Assembly (NCBI GenBank): GCA_964374105.1
Contig: CAYJXI010000001.1
Location: 71,743 to 135,742, forward strand
DNA: 64,000 nt
Source: an uncultured Planctomycetales bacterium
GTDB lineage: Bacteria > Omnitrophota > Gorgyraeia > Zapsychrales > JANLHA01
Direction: 5' to 3'
Every line of letters starts with the position of its first letter. The stretch's first letter is position 1. Positions 57,001-63,000 of the stretch are shown in pieces. A program made the position numbers and the translations under genes. Below the pieces are notes generated by a model, which saw only the letters and a program-made list of their open reading frames with translations, did no database searches and was not told the DNA's origin.

Positions 57001-60000
57001 AAAGGGGATCCTTGGCAAATAGGGCATCTATTTGTGATTCTTAAAGGTATAGCCAGCCGACAGTTTGATAAAGTCATCGTTATGGTCGATAACAGTGATC
57101 CTGTCCGTAAACCCAATTTAAGATCATTAACCATTCGGGAAGCGATCAGCAGGATAATATTAAAGGAGTTAGGATCGCTAGTGCAGTATACGCCGGTTCC
57201 CAAAGAAGAGGAGGCCCTTTTCGCCGCCGATGGAGAAACGGTCTTGTTTAGACTGATTGAATTAAATAAAGATACCCCAATGGAAATAGATTACCTAGTT
57301 GGGTCGGATCATCGGTACTGGGAGATCACCAGGATTCATCCTGAGAGCAAGAAAGAAATTAAGTTGCCTGACACTACCAAGAAACTTTTTGATCATCAAG
57401 ATAGGCACCTGTACGGATATGAACGAGGCAAGAGTCCTAGAGTCAATATTTTGTTTTTTGAACGCATTGGGGAGCTTTTGACAGAAGAGGTGAGGAGAGA
57501 TTTAGAGAATAAATCTGGCATAAGGATAAATAAGATTTTCCATCGAATGGATTTATCATCGACACGGGTCAGGAAAGAAAGGCATTACTGGACGGTTCCC
57601 TGGATGATTTATGAACTTGCGAAAGCATTTAAACTTTGGGGATTTGAGGAACAACCCATTGGGGAAGGACAATCGGAGACTTGGGATCAACAACAAAAGA
57701 ATATAGCTGAGGGTTTAATGAGAATAGTTGAAAGGATGTTGATAAGTATTTTCAAAGATTATGAATCGGTCAAAGAGGAATTTAAGCGTGAATTAAGAAA
57801 AGCTTATGGACCGGCGATGGATATTTTGGACATGGGTATTATGAAGAGATTATTCCAGGCAGCCGATCCCCAGAAATCAAGAATGGCTCCGGAGGTTGTT
57901 ATACAAAGAGAACGACTAGAAGAGATCCGTGAATTGATCTTTGAACGAGGAGAAGAGATCGTCAGAGAGACATTATCAAGCAAGGCATTGGAGCGTCGGG
58001 TTCTGGGCTGGTGGCCGTATCGAAAAGCGCTTCGCCAAGAATTCGGTCTGCGCGGGATTTGGCATTTAATCAAGGAAGATTTCCATATCATCCGCGCCTT
58101 TATTAAGGAATACGGCCTTATTCGGGGAGCGCCAATGGCCTTCACCCAGCCGATTGCCACACCATCCGCCTATAACCTCGCCTTCCGTCATCTAGCCTTA
58201 TCTTATCAGCAATCTATCAACTTCCATGAAAGCGTCCATCGAGAGGGTGAAGATGAATTGAGAGCCTACGCTGAACAGTTAAGAGGGATTCAGAAAATGG
58301 TGTCTGTCCCCATTTCCATTTCTATGTCTCGTAGAGAAATGCTGAAAGTATCTTTAACAGGACTAGGGGCTGCCGCGCTAGCAAGTTGTCTGGGATGTGC
58401 CCTACCGAATTCGCCACAACCGGCATGGCTTACCAGAAATTCCAAAGATTATGTGGTTAAGCCGCTTGACTGGTCAACAATTATTGGTCAGGCAAGGGTG
58501 GTCTTTGTTGGAGAAACTGACCACGATACTCAAGATGATAAATACTTTGTGGCAAGGTCGCTTAAGGAATTAAAAGCCATCGGTATTACTCATCTGGCTT
58601 TGGAAAATTATGAGGCCCATACGCAGAGTCTTATTGATTTGTTCTTGCAAGGCGCAATCACCATGGTCGAGCTGGAAGAGAAGATCAGCAAAGCCCGGCC
58701 GCAAGGTGCCCGGTTGCCCAAGTTGTCGCCAGATTTTAGAGCCATCCTTGAAGCGGCCAAAGAAGCGCAGATAAAAATTATTGCCCTGGATAGCCCCCGA
58801 TATGCGCTGGGGACTGCGGGCGAACGTAATATTAAATGGGCAGGACTGATGCTGCCTGTTCTTAAGGATGACAAGATAAAGATTTTGGTTGTGGATGGAG
58901 CAGATCATTCGATCTACAAATACCGATATCTGAAGAGGCCCGGTGCCAGGATTCAGGATGATATAGGGTTACTTCCGGTTATTTCAGAGTTAATCATGAA
59001 GTATTACCCGGTTGTTGTAACTCAAATAGTCAGCACAGATCAACCTACCTTATGGTATACGAAAACTTTTGTTATCAACGCCATAAACGAAGGGGCTGAT
59101 CATAATGAAAGTGTTAATCTTGAGCAACCGCAGATGATTTACGCTCGTGAGGGTATTATCGATGAAGATAGCGACTACTACATTTATGCCCCTGAAATTT
59201 TATTGAACGATTTAGAGGATAAACTTAAGCAAGAACAGAAACGCCAAGTACTCGGCTGGTGGCCGTATCGAAAACAACTTATCAAAGAATTCGGTCTGCG
59301 CGGGATTTGGCATTTAATCAAGGAAGATTTCCATATCATCCGCGCCTTTATTAAGGAATACGGCCTTATTCGGGGAGCGCCAATGGCCTTCATTAACCCC
59401 ATCGCCTATTTCGATCTCAAGACACAACTGATCCATTATAATCTCGTCTTTCGGCATCTGCCCAAGAACATTAAAGAAACAATCGAAATTCATGAAGATG
59501 CACATATTGATGGTTTGGATGAGTTAGGTGCTTATTGGAAAGAATTATCGGAATTCACTTACCACATTTATCCTCGCTTGCAACGAGCAAAGCGCGCCTA
59601 CAACGTCAAATTACAACAGATATCCTCGAATGAATGGTTGGCGATCAGTTCCAAAGGGATATATCGATATCAATTGATTCAAATTGATGAAAGCAATGTC
59701 AAGAATTACAAAGAGCAAATAATGGGTCTCTTTGAGAATGATTCAGAATGGCTTAAGGAAGATGTCGTGGGTTACTATAAACGCATTCATTATGATGTCA
59801 AAGACCATAACATAGTTGGTTTATTTATAAATAACCGTATGGTTGGAATTTATGATCTCTTGAGTGAAGAATTTGCTTTCCATATGTATGTTAACCCGCA
59901 ATATCGGGGAACAGGTGCTGTTGATGTCTTATTTGAAGATTGGTTGTTACGATTCTTAAAAGGTGATGTTACGAAGCCCGTGACAGGTCAAATTAGGCGT

Positions 60001-63000
60001 AGTCCTAAAAAGAGCAAATTATCTTTTGAGGACGGGACGATTTATGAATTAAAAGATGCATTAGGTATTATTAGCAAGGTCGAAGTCGAATATTTAGGTG
60101 AACGAGGGAAATCTGCCCGCCGCGCCGATGGCGGGGCCCGCCGCGCCTTTGGCTGGTTAAGGTTTGCGTGGAAACTCTACAAAGAATTCAAGCTACACGG
60201 CATCTGGCATCTTCTTAAAGAAGACTTGGCGATCATCCGGGCCTTTATTAAAGAATACGGCCTGATCCGCGGGGCGCCGATGGCACTGAGAGAACCAATC
60301 GCCACACTGGCCGCTTACAATCTTGCCTTCCGGCACTTAAAATTAGAGTATCAACTTTCGATTAATATTCATGAAAATGCGCATCAGGAATGGGAAAATG
60401 AATTGCAAGCTTATCGAGAAGAACTACCGTGGGTTAAGGCAGTGAGGCAGGGTTTAGTTGGTCAAAGCAATCCCTTCCACCGTTATCGACTTAAAGGCAC
60501 TTTTGTCACCCAAACGTTTGATCGCATCGAGGATTTCGATACCGGCCAGTTTACCTTCGCTGTCATAGTCGGCAGCAATACCATCAGCGATATTCTCAGT
60601 CGTGACCGTAGTATTTTCTTTGAACATTATGTAGAGGGCATCAACTTTAGGATCGTAGGTAATGCGCATGAGACCTCCTTATTAGAAATAGTAAACGTAA
60701 ACAGTAACGACAATTATTTTCTTCTCTTCCTCGACAAAAATGGGCCTAACTTGTTTAGTCCTGCAATGCTTGCCATTCCACGTGCTGTTAAAAGGGAAAT
60801 CTTTACGGCATTCCCATTTGTTCAACTGCGACTTCTGCCATGGGATGGTATTAATGACTTCCGCAATCTCCGATTCGTTCGTGCCTCTCATCGTACAACG
60901 CATTTTAGCATGGGCACTCAAAAGGATCGTTCTAGCAATCATGCGTTTGATAGTACAATACCCAAGAAAGAAAGTCAACAGGCATTTCATTTGCGTCATC
61001 AATATCAACGTCGGGTTTTGGGCTGGCGGCCGTATCGAAAAGCGCTTCGCCAAGAACTCGGTCTGCGCGGGATTTGGCATTTAATCAAGGAAGATTTCCA
61101 CATCATCCGCGCCTTTATTAAGGAATACGGCCTGATCCGTGGATCTCCATTAAAGACACTCTATCGAGTGCCTTATGCCATTTGGCTTAGCTTGACTCAA
61201 CCCATCGCTACAGCTATCTCCTATAATGAGGCTTTCCAACATTTACCTCCCCAATACCAATTATCGATAAGATTTCATGAATATGCACACCTGGAAGGAC
61301 AAGATGAATTTGAAGCTTATCAATATGAGTTGCGCTTCATTCTTAAGAGGAGATCATTCTTAGAAAGAGCTTTTATTGAAATCCGAAAGGCTTATATGTT
61401 AATGATCGAGCACTCTCTAGATCGTGGCAGAATTATCCTGGATGGTATTTATTTCACAAACCAAGAAGAGAATCGGGAAGGAGCCGAGAAAGAGACGGAT
61501 TATTTGCGACAACTAGACATGAGGTTTAGAGATTTTTATGAGCATTTATCAGAAACTTCAGAAATCAATAAAGCAGCTGAGCATTTGCTTTCGCAGATTG
61601 ATAAGTCGGAAGGTTTCTTGAGAGATCATCAAACTGATTACTACCTTATTGCAGCAATCATGTTTAAAGAAGTCATTCAATTGTTAACGAGATTGGGGAA
61701 TGATCGTGAGGAGAGTATCGAAGTTGATGCGGCTATTCAGATGATTGGACTTGCTGTGGCTACTATGGATCGTTGGGTTTGGGAGATTAAAGCCGGAAAT
61801 TCAATTCAGTTAATCACTCAAATTGCACCAGATGCAAGGAAAATCAAAGTCAAGAAACAAACTATTATTTATAGCGTTTTAGGTGTGATGATTTATTTGT
61901 TTGCTTCTGTCAAATCTTTTCAGCAAAGGAAGCTTATTGGGAACATTGTCAGCAAGGATGATCAGGAATTGGAACTCAAATTCAAGATTGAACCGGCGCC
62001 GGAGCTGTGGGATTCGAACAAAAGATTGATAGACACAAAAGATTTACTTTCATCGGTTAAAGAAATATTACGAGTTGCGGGGGGATCTTTAGAACAAGAG
62101 GAGGGTGTTTCTACAGATTTTGTCATTCGATTGCCTCTACATAAAGGCGAAAAAGGTGACAGACACCACTTTAAAGTCGCTGTTTTGCCTGATGAAAGCT
62201 TTGAGGTGAGGATGACCGAAGGCGTGTTGGACCGTCAGAATACTCTGATCGCTGAGCAAATCGGCAGCAAGAAGGTGTTCTTCGTGGTGGACGATGGGGT
62301 AGGCAGTGGGACTGTCAGTGAGATTAAGGATTACATCCAGCATCATCGGCTTAAGGCCGAGGTGATGGTGGTCAAAGGCGGAGAACCGGTCAAGGACGGA
62401 TTGTCGCAGGCCCTGCAGGTCATTGACGAAGCAGAAAAATTCGGTATTGACCGCAAGGAAATTATGATTTTTGTCGGTGGAGGAGCGGTATTGGATATGG
62501 CCGGGTTTGCGGCCACTATCTTCCACCGGGGCGTTGAGCATATCCGGATTCCCACGACCCTCCTTTCCCAGATTGATGCCGGGGTGGGTGTTAAAAACGC
62601 GGTGAATTATCTGGGGCAGAAGAATTTCTTAGGTGCCTTCCAGCCGCCCAAGATGGTGATTGTGGATCCTAAGCTTTTGGCAACATTGGATGCCCGTCAA
62701 ATGAGTTCTGGCATGGCTGAGGCAGTGAAGGTGGCGTTGATTAAGAACAGAGAATTGTTTGAAATGATTGAACAGCATTATCAGGATGTCGCTAGGAAAG
62801 ATTTATCCGGCACCAGCCGCATGAAGGACATCATGTGGCTGACCATCGTCGCTCATCTTGAACAGATCTACACCGATCCGTACGAACGAAAGCTGGCTCG
62901 GCCATTGGATTTTGGCCATGAATGGGGACATCGTTTGGAGGTTGTGACCAAACACCGCCTGACCCACGGCGAAGGGGTCTCGATCGGCATGGCGATAGAT

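Noticed and set aside
57804-59402. Minus-strand ORFs 57804-58160 and 59184-59402 sharing 'MAIGWVKAIGAPRIRPYSLIKARMIWKSSLIKCQIPRRPNS'
   Set aside because: The shared sequence is simply the antisense of the near-identical GW linker copies 4 and 5. It is not evidence of a duplicated minus-strand gene.
6524-60740. All + strand ORFs in the supplied track (6524-6808, 7448-7630, 8843-9034, 17912-18157 and others; frame 2, one in frame 3)
   Set aside because: They are short alternative-frame ORFs fully inside the frame-1 giant ORF. Their translations are low-complexity (K/R/S-rich), have no recognisable family and no RBS. They are by-products of the purine-rich coding frame.
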